DNA of 64,000 nucleotides from NCBI GenBank assembly GCA_030704615.1, contig CM060731.1, positions 52,576,001 through 52,640,000 of the forward strand, given 5' to 3'. Origin of the DNA: Takakia lepidozioides. Its lineage: Eukaryota; Plantae; Bryophyta. Below are positions 14,339 to 28,345 of this stretch, piece by piece. Every line of letters begins with the position of its first letter. Positions within the stretch are counted from its first letter, which is position 1. Below the pieces are notes generated by a model, which was given only the letters and a program-made list of their open reading frames with translations, did no database searches and was not told where the DNA came from. Made by a program: the position numbers and the translations under genes.

Positions 14339-17300
14339 CTAGGAAAACGATGCGCGCAAGCTCTGCACATGTCCTGTAATTCGATTTTCCTCATGAAAAA
14401 GCAGGGCAGCAGTATGATGCACCTGGGCAGGAGACACTGCCTCAATGGCCACACTTTCATCGAGCAGATTAACCCAAGCACCGGTGGTAGCTTCATACCC
14501 ACAAAGAATCTTTGCCATCCCTTCATTGTTCCCCAGTGCTTCCTGTTGTGAGCCAGTCACGCCACGACTTAGATAATCACCAAACACTTCAAGACAGTTG
14601 AACAACTGTGTAGTGGCTCTGCTGTAAGGCTCCACATTCAGGAAAGGCTCCTCTACTCCAAACCAATGCCCAAATGAGGAGAGCTTGCTACCTACTGCTG
14701 CTACTTCAGGAATACTGAGGTTGAATCTGTGTTGGTTTAAACTTTCCAAAAATGTCTTACTTGGTTAACTTGAGAATACATACTGCAGGATGGCCCTCAA
14801 AATAAGCCCAGAGGGTGCTTGGGCTCCCAGGCATAGCCAGTGTGTGTTGGATCTATGACTGCAATACATTAAAGACCTTATTGACATATAATCATCCATC
14901 TTTCTTGGCAAATCACTTTGTGATGTGACTGTCTTCACTTGTAAGCTCTTTCAACCTTTCTTCTTCAGAGGTGTTCTTAAAGAAGCATCTTTGATAGCTC
15001 AAAGACAACAACGATTCTACCTGGGCCTCCATTCCTGTTTACTTAGCACCTTTTAGATATACAACAAGCCTTGCAGACTACACCAGCTATATTGCGCTTG
15101 AGTTGAGTTGTTCTAAGCAAAGATACACGAGGAGGGGCAGCTGTATACCAACAAGCTAGTGCGTGCTGCCTTCTTCACAGGAACCAGTTCATCCCAGCCC
15201 ACTGGTTTGGAAGCTAGATCCTCCAGCTCCTGATGTAGGACTCCGGCCACATAGTCAGTTGATAAGCCTGCAGTCCATGAGCCCTCCCCCCAAAATGAAT
15301 AGGACAGACAACGTGTTGAGAAGGGTCATACTTCAAATTACAGCTTACCTTCAATTGAGGGCTAGACGGCAAAGGAGCCCAAACAATAGACAGAAACTGC
15401 AAGTCGATAACTTGTGTGAAAACCACAGCAAACAGAAAAATGAGAAAAAATGGAACGAAAACCTGAAGGAGGATAAGCATAGATAAGAAAAAGACAGGGT
15501 TGCTTGTCTCCGGGGAAGCTTTCCACTGAATCCGCTGATAATGCCTTCCCAGGGACAATGATACGCTGCATATCACGTAAAAAGACAGTTCTCACATTTG
15601 TGGTAACAATCAAGGCAAAACTGGATCTTAGATTAAACAGTTTGGGCTCCAGCCTATGGATACTGTGTAGCACAGAATTCAAAATCAAAATGTGCATTGC
15701 AAACAAGGATACAGCATTTCAATCACCAAAACAGCCTGCCCTTGAGACATTTAAGGCATGTGCTACAACTTGTGATGGCTTCATCACAGCAGCCGGCAAT
15801 TTCAGACTACAGATGAGTTTAGCTCCTGATATAGGGCGAATGCCTGAATACAGTCATGGAAAGCTAATGATGAAAGAAATAATACTTTCCCAATTTTTGT
15901 CTAGTATTTTTTTTGTTTATTCATTTTTGAATTAATATTTCTTATATATTTGCTACAAAGGGTTTGGCCCTATGACCTTGCCTACCAGAATTTTCTTTCA
16001 AGGTTTGAGGGGTAACCTACGGTGATAGCATACCCAGTCTGCAAGTTCATCTCACTTACACCCACATACTTACAATGACATTTCTCAAGAGACCTCCGTC
16101 AGGTTTCAAACCTGCGTGATGGCTGTAGCAGAAGACGTGTAATGTCCAAATATGCCCTCATTAATACTGCAGTAAACTAGAGGAAACTGTTGCCTAGAAT
16201 TAAATTGCTGAGTTCCATCCACAATGAATATTGCCGGTCAAGTGGATTAAAGGGACATTGCCTTGTAAAACCGTGACAAACGGCCACTAGCAAGCAGCTC
16301 GTTGACAACAGAGATGGTGGGAGAATCAGTGGATGAAGCTGCCGGCCGATAGTAGCCTACAAGTATCCCACCATGACAGATAAGTAGCATTTGTGGAACT
16401 CAGACTATGTGACCATTCCTTGCAACACCTCACTCCATTATAACCGGAGGACCTACTTAATTCTAGTTGTGCCTCACTGACTCAATGAGGGTAATGTTTG
16501 CTCTTATGCCATGGCATGATGCCAATGTATTGAAAATGGTCAGCTCATGACTGTTGAAGAGAATCCAGAGGAAATTTGGCAGACTGGCTCTACTGTAAGA
16601 CACAAGAGATAATGGAGGGAGAGTCACACACCTTCTAGGTACAAGGGCTGGGCTGGCAAACTCATGCGTAGTGTGCGCTGGCTGTCTGCGCGAACAATGG
16701 TGTCCCAGCCATTACCTTGTCGCCATGTAAGCCCCTGCCCTGTAGATGCTGCTATAGTTTTTGGAGTGTTGTCCGGCACCCAATGTCCAAAATAATAGTT
16801 TGCTAGTCGCTCAACCTGCATTTAGCAAAATGTGATTTCCAGGCATGCACAAAACCACGGGCCAATAAAATTCTAATAACTATGCATTGACCCTCAGAAA
16901 ATTGTCGCGCAAACTGAAAAGATGTCAGTCTTGGACGACCGTTAGAAGTTTGATGCATTTGTCTATTCAGGCAGTAGGGAGGTAATAACCCAGACTCAGC
17001 AAGTTAAAGAGAGACCAACACATACCTCAAGAGGGTCAACATCCCCCACCTGCCAAAACCCAAGGCAATCCCCTTTATGATCAGGCTCTACTGCTTGCCA
17101 GTCTCTTTCCTTGCCTAGCTCAACCATTTCCCAAAGAACCACAGAACTAGTATAGAACTACGTAGGAAAGAAAGACATGAACTTAAAACATCCACAGAGA
17201 AGTCAAACAAAATGTGCGTTGAAGTGGTCTGTAAGTCAATTGGACATTGAGATGTTCTGGCCGCACATTTTTGTCAAACAACAAAGAAGGCATCGCAAAT

Positions 17301-20300
17301 CATAAACACTCACCTCCCTTAGATGAACACACCTTATGCAGGTTCTAGTAAACTTTTCCCACAGAGCATCGTGGCTTACTCTTGGTATTCTTAGCAGACG
17401 CCAAAAAGGTTGAGAGATGCAAGTAGGAAATAGAATGTACTCATAACACGTTGTTTGCCATAGCCAAGTAGGAAACAGAGAGAAACTGTGAAAGCAAAAA
17501 TCTCGATTCGTTTAGCCCTAACACAACCTCACTTCACTCAAAATCTAATCCAGGAGAGAAAGCAGTCACTTACAACTGCACAGGTCACTGCGTTTGGGGT
17601 ATAGTGTTCCCGGAAGAAACTTGTCACTTCTCTTCTTCCAATAAGCTCAAAATCGTTAGCTGGTAGAAAAGTCAAGGCCACCAGACAAAAGTATTGTGCA
17701 TGCACATCTGGTAGGAATGTAGGGACTGGTCTTCACAGAGAACACAAATGTAGGACTCAAAAGGACTGAAGCATCCACTCTTTTTTTCTTTCTAAACCCT
17801 CTCACCTCCCTCCCTCCCTCCATTCCTCTCATGCATGCAAATGACAGAAAGAGAAAAGAACAATCCTTCTTGTCTATTTGCTGGAGATACGATAACCAAT
17901 AACAGGTCGACCATAAGGGTGGTCAGGGAAGGCAGCTTGTGTGAATGCCTCTGTGAACCGCCCAAACGGTGTGTTATCCACTCTCAGACGCCGCTCCTCT
18001 TTCACAACCTGCAACCCAGTTGGCCCAACTTTTCTTCATTGAGAGCCAACTGGATCTGCTTGGCAAAGAGGAACCCTCAACTACCACTTGGTGCTCCTGA
18101 AAACATCAACTTGACACACAATAAGCTTATCTTTCCACATCAAACTTGGGGGGAAGTGTACCTTCCACTAACGGAAATGTGTTATCTTTTACAGCCATCC
18201 ACTGTTGCCTGGGAATGGTCGCAGAAAAGCAGCAGGAGTGTGCAAGAGATAGGATCTACCTCTTTTTCTGAATATAGTTCGCGGAAAACAGGAGCGATGA
18301 AGCGACTGCTCTCCAAAGCCATCCAGAGCTCCAGCTTATTTGCTGGAAGTGAAACATAGTATTCTGTGGTCATGCAAACAAAACATTTGTGTTTAATAAT
18401 GGTGGTGCCACATTCTGCTCCCCTCCAGTCCCCTTCCCCTTTCCTGCTCCACCAAATGATTTGACCACACGTGGAATCCGCATTGACCGATCAGTACCTC
18501 AGGACAATGTTCGACGTTCATGTAGAAGGTACATTTAGTGAAGAATCCAGTGTTGTGAGTATATATGTACACATACACTACATATTCTTTCTTCCTTGTT
18601 TGCTGGTTCTTCCACTAACCTACTAGAGATTCTGTTCATTTCTTTCCAGCTGCTTATATTTTCCAACCTGTCACATTCAAGAAGATGTTAATTGAGAGAG
18701 GGAGATGTACTTATTATACTTGCCGTATGTGGCTTTTGTGGCCCATAGATTCCCTGGCTTTAATAACCTGTAGCCCAAAGAAGCACAAACCTGTTTTGTC
18801 CTGCGAGGTTTGCGCATTGAGACCAACCCCACCCTGCCGGGAAATTAAGGCCCCATACTCATTGGGAACAGACAACTGTGCTGCCCTTGCCTGAATTTCC
18901 ACCTACAAACACCAGCAAAATCCCAATCATTGACCCCACTTTCCCGCACTTGCTTTTCCGTGCCAATCTTTCACTGATGTCCCTTATTAGCTCTTTCACC
19001 CCAAGTGGATGCATGTACCGCTCATAGAATCATTCAGGCTTGAGCAGCACTACCCAATCTACTTTGGCCAATGGTTGTTATCATCCTACGTCTAAACTCT
19101 TCAGATCTTGTCAGAGTGAAGGCAGTGCTATTCTTATTGTCAGGGAGAACCACTTTTGTCGATCATGGCACGAGGCAAGTGTCGCAGAACCCTGGTGACT
19201 GTAAAGACGAGTAGCTAGTGCCCTGCCCAAGACTTGTTTTTTGCAGGGAAGTGCTGAAAAATTTGGGGAACACTTACTACCTCTAGATTTATTAATGAAG
19301 TGGCAGAATCCTGGAAAACAGGTCTTGAGATGATTCACACAAGTGACAAACACATCCTTGATAAGGACTTGCCTTCCAAACTGCCCTTTTCTCTTTCTTC
19401 CACTGGTAATATTACCCAAATTCAAATATTGGACCACCAGGTCACGCTGAACCCCCACCAATATCTCTTGCTCTCAGCCCTTCTGTCCCCCAATGGATCA
19501 TTTTGGGTGTGCAGAGTTACCTACTACATGTGAATGTGTCACTTCTACAGAGAATACGAGGAACGTACAAACATTTTGGAGAGGTGCTCGATATCACTTA
19601 TCCGTCCTTCCTTCTTTGCATCTTGTAAGGCGTAGAAAACTGCAACAACAAATGATGGAGACTATATTCAGAAAGAATGTACTCATAAGACGTTGTTTGC
19701 CGTAGCCTTGTGGCCATTGACCCCGCACCAAGTTTGAGCGGAAACAAAAGGGACTATATTCAGAACGAGAAAGTGCATTGCATAGAATCGCAACATATGG
19801 GCCTCAATCCTGAAGAGAGAGACAAAGAATCTGCACAACAAAAGAACCAATTCCTTTGGTTATACTGTGGCTAGGTTACTCTGAACTCCTTAGGCGAAAC
19901 AGGAGCTGGATAAATTATTTCTTGGGCAGTGCATCACTGGCTTGCCTACATTGGACAGTAGCACCATAATGCAAGGGCTCACACTACATGGAAACGGCAG
20001 TGCCAACAAACATTCAGGTGAGTACAGGTGCTCTTGAGCTTCATGAGCTAGTCTTTAGTGCCGATTCTTTGGTATCAACCGAATGCCCAAGTCCTCACTC
20101 TTGGCTATCTTAACCAACATGGCGCGATCAGATACTGAATTCCAATTTTCCCACCTCATATTTGATGTGCAGAAGTACGCAATATTCATCACCATCGAAG
20201 TGCCAACTACTGCTGGACACATAGAAGGGGTCAACAGGTAAGGATCAGCAAGGGGGGCCAGTTGCACATACTGGCATCAAGCTGGTCAAGCAAATCTGCC

Positions 20301-21552
20301 TCAGTCGTTGCATCACGGGTCCCCACGTTCTTGGTGCCTTTGAAAGATAGATGTTCCTGTCAAATTTCCACTCCCGATTATCCGACACTCCCTATGTCAA
20401 ACCGCCAGTTGAAAGCAGATTGTAATAGTAAGAGACATAGGATTGCATGTGCTTTCTCGACACTGTAACTTATCAAAGACGTTGGAAGAGAAGATCGCAG
20501 TAATCTTATTTGCGAAATGATACCCTCTCGACAAATATCGGGATGTTGTCAATTGTAACTCATTGATTGATTATATGTCAGCAGAGTATTGCGTCGAAGA
20601 TATAATTTCTGTGATTTTCTCTTGTCAGCATGAAAAGATTTTGGATTTATGGGAATGCTTAAAGCTTACTAACACTAAAAGACACCTAAGTGCATACAGT
20701 AAAATGAACTGCAAGACCTGTAAATCTGAAAGGATTGGTGTCATGGATGTTATGCAACAGCCTTCAGAATGCCACAAATGAACGTCGGTTCCTATTCACA
20801 ATTTGCACTAGAAAAGACCACGAGGCAATGCAACTCTACAGAAAGATGAGGGCTACAGATTCATGAGGACTTCAACATAAGCTCCTCTACTCTAAAAAAG
20901 GAATGGGTAATCTCTGTAGATATGGCCATTTCCAACATAGTAGAAATCTTACCAATAGATGAGCGATACCCGTGACCCCAGAGACCTCATTGGCAGCACC
21001 CACATCAGCATATGTGTGGCATGCCACCACTGGCGCATTGTGGCGCTCCAGCACAATCCACCGCATCCCATTCTGCAGGGTAAAAGTCGACACCCGACTC
21101 TTCAAGCTCTCAGAAACGCCGCCAACCACCTGGGCCCCCTCTCTTTCCCGTCCTGTTTGGATGAGAGCTTGTGCGGGATGGGTGCGCCCAAACCAGGCCT
21201 GCGAGTCTGTGGCCAGCGCTAGAGGTAAGGATAGGCCCAACGTTAGAGCTTCTCGCCTCCCCAACTGGTTAATTGGATCATCCTCACACTGCTCTACCTT
21301 CTCTTCTGTTTTCTCTTCTGTGTGCCGTATTTCCTTGCTCTCTGTGTCCGCTTTGTTCATAGAACTCACAATGCCCTCTCTCTTTGTTCCTTTCGAAGAA
21401 CCTGCCTGACAAAAGCACGTCCATGTTCGCTTCTTTTGCGGACGTAATCTGTCAAAGCTTCTAATGTTGAACTGAGCATTTGCATTTGAAATTGTGGCCT
21501 TTACATTCTTGACAGTGAGAACTGGCGCTGGAGTACTGCAATGTGCAGCCAT
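14339..21552 (-). CDS. M16 (insulinase/pitrilysin-type) zinc peptidase, plastid/thylakoid-targeted. 13 exons: 21552-20953, 20356-20272, 19639-19569, 18902-18791, 18363-18260, 18008-17891, 17659-17574, 17049-17026, 16815-16632, 16356-16262, 15565-15463, 15267-15149, 14542-14339
   Basis: Spliced protein reads FTLQNGMRWIVLERHNAPVV...GIAHLL|EHLSFKGT (inverted HxxEH zinc motif), GGVGLNAQTSQD, EKEVVKEERRLR, DHPYGRPVIGY, YTPNAVTCAVVGDVD, LLASGRLSRFYK and IEAVSPAQV. Phases are consistent across all junctions, with one GC donor. Confidence 0.88.
19677..19754 (-). mobile_element. LINE 3'-end fragment in an M16 intron (shorter copy at 17433-17465)
   Basis: Near-identical to 59051-59127. Confidence 0.85.
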
Positions 21553-24031
21553 GAAAGTACTCCAACCAAGCTCCTCCACTACACGGCTGGATTCGCGATC
21601 CTAGACATAGAAGCTCAGCTCGAGTCTTAGACAGACAGGTGAAGTGGATTGGAGAGTGGGATGAGACGGATTGTAAGTATGAGAGAGATTGTTCAAATTT
21701 TCAAATTTAGGTTAAGACGTTTAGACCCCTCAGGGTTTTTTGAAATAGGTGATACTAGAATACTAGATAGATGAAACACGTTGGACGCCTGAGGACGTGG
21801 CACCTAGAAACTTAATCCAACTGCAAAAATGGGCCATCAATGTATGTACAATCCAGTGTCCTTTGGACAAACCCTAGAGAGCAGCGATTCTCAATGCGCC
21901 CTGATGTGTCTCCAGAATGGGGATGTGCTTATCTGATTTGCAGTGTATAGTGTGAGAATGCAAAGTGTTGTTGTATGATGTGTGCTGCGTCAAACTTAGG
22001 TTGGTAATGCCCTCCCAGGTGATTGGGATTCAAATCAACAGGTGCATGAGCTCTACATCTCTCTCTTTCAAGTGAAATGTTTTGTGTGGAGGCTCGGGTA
22101 TCAATTGATACCTGCTTTGTTTCAAGAAAGAATTGGTTTATGTGATTGATACCCGGCGTCTCCACCAAGAAACATTTCTTTTGAGAATTCATTACTTAGG
22201 TATCTGAAGATTCTAAGTGCTAGTTAGCTTGGGTATTGTTTGTTCCTAGCTTCGTGGTCATTCTAACCATGTTGTTGTCTACTTCTCAGAATTTGGTGTG
22301 TAGACACCGTTTCCAAGATCAAGGAAAGCTGTTTACGGTCTGATGATGTATAGTCCACATTAGTAGAGTGAACTGGAAAAGGTCCTTAAAGTATGTTTAC
22401 GGTATGATGATGTACACTCCAAAGTAGTAGTGTGAACTGGAATCTAGGCTAGCAAGTAGGCCGACTGCCATGAGTGCGACCTTCTTATTGGGTTTGTGAG
22501 TAGGGATTATCTTGGGCTCTCTAGCCATAGGCCATTCTTGACTACAACTGCCGGGTAACCTATCTTGGGGCCTTGAAAAATAATCATCAAATTGGCATTG
22601 ACAAAGCTTTGCCATAAACTCCTTGCTGTGTTAATAGTTCATATGCTGACTCGCGTCTGCTTCCAATAGGCATTCAACTTTTGTCTCCATTGCCCCACCG
22701 CTGACTAGGGTCCGAAAAGTGTTCATTCCAAAGCTTTTCTTCATCTCTGCCATTTGTTTTTGGATACTTTCCCGTTGCCACATCGGCAGTAACTTTCACT
22801 CCAAACCACCACAGATCCACCCGACGAGCTAACTTTCATAATTCAATATGCAAATTTAGGGCCGAGTATGATGAGAGGGAAAAACAGGCTGAAATAGGTC
22901 AAAGAAGAAGGTGCCCTCACCACATTGTCCTTGACCTTGTGTCATGACCCATGGAGGATTTGACCGACCATCAACCCCAAACACTAGAAGAAAAACGCGG
23001 AATAACCACTCTGTTAACCACTCATTTTGAGTGGTAAAAGACACTAAACCACTCTGGCCCCAGAGTGATGAAAAACCAGTGGATTAGGACAAGTGAGTGG
23101 TAAAAGACATTACGTGGCACCAGTGGTTAAGGACAGTGGTTCGAACCACTCACGTCCGGGTCCACTTGTTAGCTGACGTGTCACAGTGGTAAATTAACCA
23201 CTGTGACATGTCAATGACGTGTCACTGAGGTAAACCAACCACTTATGACGTGTCACAGTGGTAAACTGACGTGTCATAGTGGTAAAGTAACCACTTCCGT
23301 TTTGTAGTGGAGACGTGTAAGCCGGTGGTCTGTGGATGATATTGGAGATTATGTCGACAGTCTCAGCACGGACACGTGTCGTGTGTCAGTGCTACGAAAT
23401 GGATGGAGTGAAATTCAATGACTTCCGAAACCACTTGTTGAGTGACCACAAAATGACTCATAGAGTCATTCTATGAAAACGGAGAATATACAATATCACT
23501 CATAGAGTGGTTATGTGAGTGGATGACGTCTCTCAGCAGGTCATTGGAATGATTACCCACAGAGTGGTGTGTAAGCTATTTGAGTCATTCATGGTCTCTG
23601 AGTGGGAACTATGGATTGGAATGATTACTAACAGAGTGGTGTGTAAGTGATTAGGAATACCACTGGAGGAATTCATACCACTAGTACAGTAATATATATG
23701 TGACTACTTATACCACTATACGAGTGGTAATGTAGGCAATTGTGTGCATTTGGCTACTCCCACGGTTTTAAATTATACCACTATTACAGTGATGTGCAAG
23801 TGATTATGAACATGACTAGAGGAACACATACCACTAGTGTAGTGAAAGAAGTACCATTGGCAAGCTCCACAAAATAGACTAGAATCCCAGAGAGTTAAGT
23901 GTTGGAACCAGCCATGATAAAAGTCTGAGCCTAACTTCTACACGACGTCTCCACATGCATGCTAGGAACACTGAACTGCTTTCCTGCCTTCTTCTCACTG
24001 CCAGCAATGTCTATGCCCGGGCGAACGAAAT

Positions 24032-24307
24032 CTAAGCCCTCTTCATGTTCTTCTCTGGCCAAAGATAATTCAGACCGACGACATCCTCCAACATTGTTTG
24101 CGGTGGGACCTCTTCCTCGTTAGGGTGAGGCAAGACACAATTGGCAATATAGATATCATTCACCTCTATCCGCCACAATCCTTCAGGTATAACACGGCAG
24201 TGATATGTGTCTTTGCCAGGCACACCAGTGACAATTCCACTAGCAGCCATGTGTCGTGGTAAATGAAGATCAAACAGGCTGATTTTGTCCTTCAACTTAA
24301 ACTGCAC
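24032..24307 (-). pseudogene. CACTA TnpA/Tnp1-like C-terminal remnant
   Basis: AASGIV...YHCRVIPEGLWRIEVNDI...LPHP...TMLEDVVGLNYLWP resembles the C-terminal domain of CACTA accessory proteins. Confidence 0.55.
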
Positions 24308-25224
24308 ACAACACCCACCATAAAACCCACATTAATCAACCCATGAAGACTTACATGTACATTGAAAACTAGATAATGAGGACCGTCCAGTATAAGCAAT
24401 CACTCAAAGTGCAGAGTACTTTTGGTAGCATAAGAATATCTGCCACTGTGGCAGGGGGTTGATATTTGGGGGTTGCATTTGAAGGCGCCGTAGTTGGTGC
24501 ACTGTCGGTGGCAATATCAAGAGTGGCTTTCTCAGCCTGCAAACATCACGCCCAACACCCCTTAGCAGTTATATTTAACAATGCATCTACTAATAATTTG
24601 AAGTACCCAACATGTAAATGGCCACATTGTACAGAACTGATAGCCAACAGGTGCATGCATGCTCACCTCTAGTACAAAAACTGCTGCATGGAGAGGTGCC
24701 TCCAGTTGCAGCCTAACACAAGCCCCTCCACCCCACAAAGTTAGCAATTATGGAAAATAAGGTCAACCGGGCAACGAGCAAGGTCGGCAGTTCGTGAACG
24801 CATACAAATCTTGGTCCAACGTGCCAAAAAAAGTTTGGCATCCAATGGCGTGAATGCATGGAATGTCATGCTCTGGCGCCCTAGCAATGTCCCACATCCA
24901 TTCAGTATTAAAACCCTAACACATGTTCTAACCCTTTGAAATTTAATCCATGGGTCAAGCCATACATAGTTCAATTCGTAAGCCATTCATCTTTCTAACA
25001 AGGTTTCCAGGTCATTCACATTTAGGAAAGAACCTTGGTTTGATATATAACATTTACCACCATATATGCAGATTGTAAACTCATCACAAAAGCAGATTGC
25101 AGGTCTGGAGATAAATCTCCGGAACCAGGCTCAAAGCATATCAGGTTCGAAATGAAACAATCAACCACTCAAGCCTTAAGTTCATGAAGTTTTTACCTTG
25201 GTTGTCCCACCATATGTAGCGTGG

Positions 25225-28200
25225 CATTCTTTGCTTTGTTTTACCCGCCGAGATTGCTTGACAGCGGGTTGGCTGCTCAGTCGAAGCTTCTCGTCTCAGC
25301 TGTTACCTGTTTTTGGATACTTCCCTGTTGTCACATTGGCAGTACCATGTCAAAGTCGCTCAAAGGCTCACTCAACCAGCTAACTTGCAGAATTCAACAT
25401 GATAATTTAGGGTCGATTCTGATAAGAGGGAAAAACAGGGTGAAATGTGTTGAAGAAGGTGCCTTCATTACCAGTGCCCGAGTTTATCATTGTGCTGCTG
25501 CTGCTGCGGCTTCTAGTTGACCAGTCACTATCTACCCATGCAGGTTTCTTGTAGCTATTGATCCATCTGGTACATTTCCAGCTTTGGTGATGCAACCATG
25601 CACCTCCAATGCCCTTTTCCAGGGCTGCTAGGCTTGCACACGCACTGCAAACGCACACAAACATGATGTGGTCGAACTTCACCCCTTCCCCCATCATTTG
25701 CTTTCAGGTCTCCAAAGCCCCATACAGCGCCCCTGCTCTGCACAGTTGAGTTGGGTGCAATTGCACTCTCCCTTTCCTCTCTGCTTTTGTTTGCTATTCA
25801 AAGGTAGGATTCCTGCCCTTAGTTTAAATTTCAGTCTGGTGCCGAGAGTGGGTAGACCCTTGAGGTCATCCATGATGTCCTCCCCCATGTCACAGACTGG
25901 AAACAAGTCCAGGGAAGTTTTCTGCCTAACTTCATTTTCATCAGACAATTTTCTGGTAACGGACATGGCTTTGGACACTACAGCCTCTAAGTCAGTAGGG
26001 TTGGGCCATTTGCTGGAACAATTCTAAAAGGAGAATGTCTGTCAGATTACCAGATGTCATTCTGAACATTGCCCCTGCCCTGGTGGACATGTATGCCAAA
26101 TGTGGGTGCATCGAGGATGCCAAGGGAGTGTCCAACACTATGGCTGAACGAGATGTGGTGTCGTGGAGTGCGATGCTTGCGGGGTATGCACATCAGGGGT
26201 GCGGGATGGAGGCTCCAACCTATGAGCAAATGATGGGGGAAGGGGTGAAGCCCGTCGACATAAGGTTTGTGTGTGTTTGCAGTGTGTCTGGCAGCCCTGG
26301 AAAAGGGCAAAGAGATCCCTGGTGACATGATCAAATCTGCAATTGTTCCAGATGTCATCCTGAACACTGCTCCGGTGGCCATGTATGCCAAATATGGTAG
26401 CATTGAGGATGCCAAGGGAGTGTTCAACACTATGGCTGAATGAGATGTGGTGTTGTGGAATGTGATGTTTGCAGGGTGGTATCACACTAGTTCCTATGGT
26501 CAATTGCATCTGCTACACTCTGTAATCTGACAGGCATTCACCTTTTTGCCTCGGTTGTCCCACCAGTTACTGGGGTCAGAAAAGTATTCATCCCACAACT
26601 TCTTCTCATATCTGTTATCTGTTTTTGGATACTTAGGGACGACTCTGATAGCAGGGGAATTCATGGTGAAATATGTTGAAGAAGGTACCTTCATTAGCAG
26701 TGGGCCTTGTTCTATCAATTGCGCTGTTGCCATAGCTGTTTCCAGTTGACCATCTACCCACTCGTAGCCATTGCGCTATTGAAGAAGGTGCCCCCCCTTC
26801 CCCCATCATTTGCTCATAGCTCTCCAAAGCCTCCATCCCACGTCCCTGCCGTGCATACCATGCAAGCATCGCACTCCACAACACCACATCTCGTTCAGCC
26901 ATAGTGTCGAACACTCCCTTTGCATCCTAGATGCACCCACATTTTGCAAACATGTTCACCAGGGTTTTGTTCAGGATGACATCTGGTACAATTCCAACTC
27001 TGAAGATGTCGCCATGGACCTCTTTCCCCTAAGCTGCTAGGGCAGTGTTCAGATTGACATTTGGCACAATTCCAGCTTTGATGATATCCCTATGCACCTC
27101 TTGCCCTTCTCCAGGGTTGTCAGGCTTGCACGCAATTGCAAATGCACACAAACATGATGTGCTTCCCCCATCATCTGCTCATAGCTCTCCAAAGCCTCCA
27201 TCCCACGTCCCTACCGTGCATACCCTGCAAGCATCGCACTCCACGACACCACATGTCGTTCAACCATAGTGGCAAACACTCCCTTTGCATCCTAGATGCA
27301 CTCACATTTTGCAAACATGTTCACCAGGGTATTGTTCAGAATGACATCTGATACAATTCCAGCTCTGAAGATGACGCCATGGACCTCTTTCCCCTTTTCC
27401 AAAACTGCCAGGGCAGTGTTCAGATTGACATTTGGCACAATTCCAACTTTGATGATATCCCCATGCAACTCTTGCGCAGGGCTGGCTTGCACAAGCATTG
27501 CAAATGCACATAAACACGATGTGCTTCCCCCATCATTTGCTCATAGGTCTCCAAAGCCTCCATCCCACGTCCCTGCCGTGCATACCCTGGACCAAGCTGA
27601 CTCTCCCAAGAACCTTGTAAACATCAGAGAGGACTTAAGTGCGCAGCAACGATAAGGCTTAGTGGGGCTTAGTGCTTGAGGGAAAAATAAAAACATCGCA
27701 TTGGTCCATGAGAACCACCATTGTGCAGCTAAGCGAGCATAGATTGAAACACGACCTGCTAAGACCAAGCTGACTCTCCCAAGAACCTTGTAAACATCAA
27801 GAAGAATACCAAATCATGGTACTAACAGGAGCCAAAAGCCCACATTTGCAGGATGGACAAACTTCTTCACATCCTACATTATGAAAAAGCCACACCTTGC
27901 GATTGCGATTGTCCCACCATCATGAAGGATCGTAAAAAACTCATGCGAGCTTTGCTCCGTGCTGCAAATTCAGGGATGAGTCTGATGAGAGGGCAAAACA
28001 GGCTGAAATAGGTCGAAGAAGAAGGTGCCCTAACCACATTGTCGTCGACCTTGTGTCATGACCCATGGGGGATTTGACAGATCGTGAACCCAAACGGACC
28101 TCTTGTGTGTGCTGCTTGTGTCTGTAGTCAGATAATGTCGGATTGTCCATGAGAACCACCACGGTGCAGCTGAGCGAGCAGAGATTGAAACGCGGCCTGC

Positions 28201-28260
28201 TAAGACCAACCTGCACGAGGACTTAGTGTGCACAACAACGCGGGGCTTAGTGGGGCTTAG
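25225..28260. pseudogene. Scrambled patchwork of PPR (P/L/S) and PDF-motif fragments of the 35.3-39.8 kb gene in both orientations, plus a LINE piece (25755-25995)
   Basis: Plus-strand S-P-L-S-P fragments at 26045-26475. Minus-strand PPR units at 25600-25745 and 26790-27590. Minus-strand PDF exons at 25240-25570 and 26480-26765. 5' gene pieces at 27590-28260. Many indels and stops. Confidence 0.9.
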
Positions 28261-28280
28261 TGCATGAGGGGGGAAAAAAC

Positions 28281-28345
28281 AACGCGAGGAGTTCGAACCC
28301 GCGACCCCGCAATCAGGAAGAGCCATTACCAGTACGCTACATGCA
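28281..28345 (-). other. tRNA-like (Pol III A/B box) sequence, SINE-head or pseudo-tRNA; a second weaker one at ~28580-28642
   Basis: Reverse complement reads TAGCGTACTGGTAA...GGGTTCGAACTC. No complete cloverleaf seen. Confidence 0.45.
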
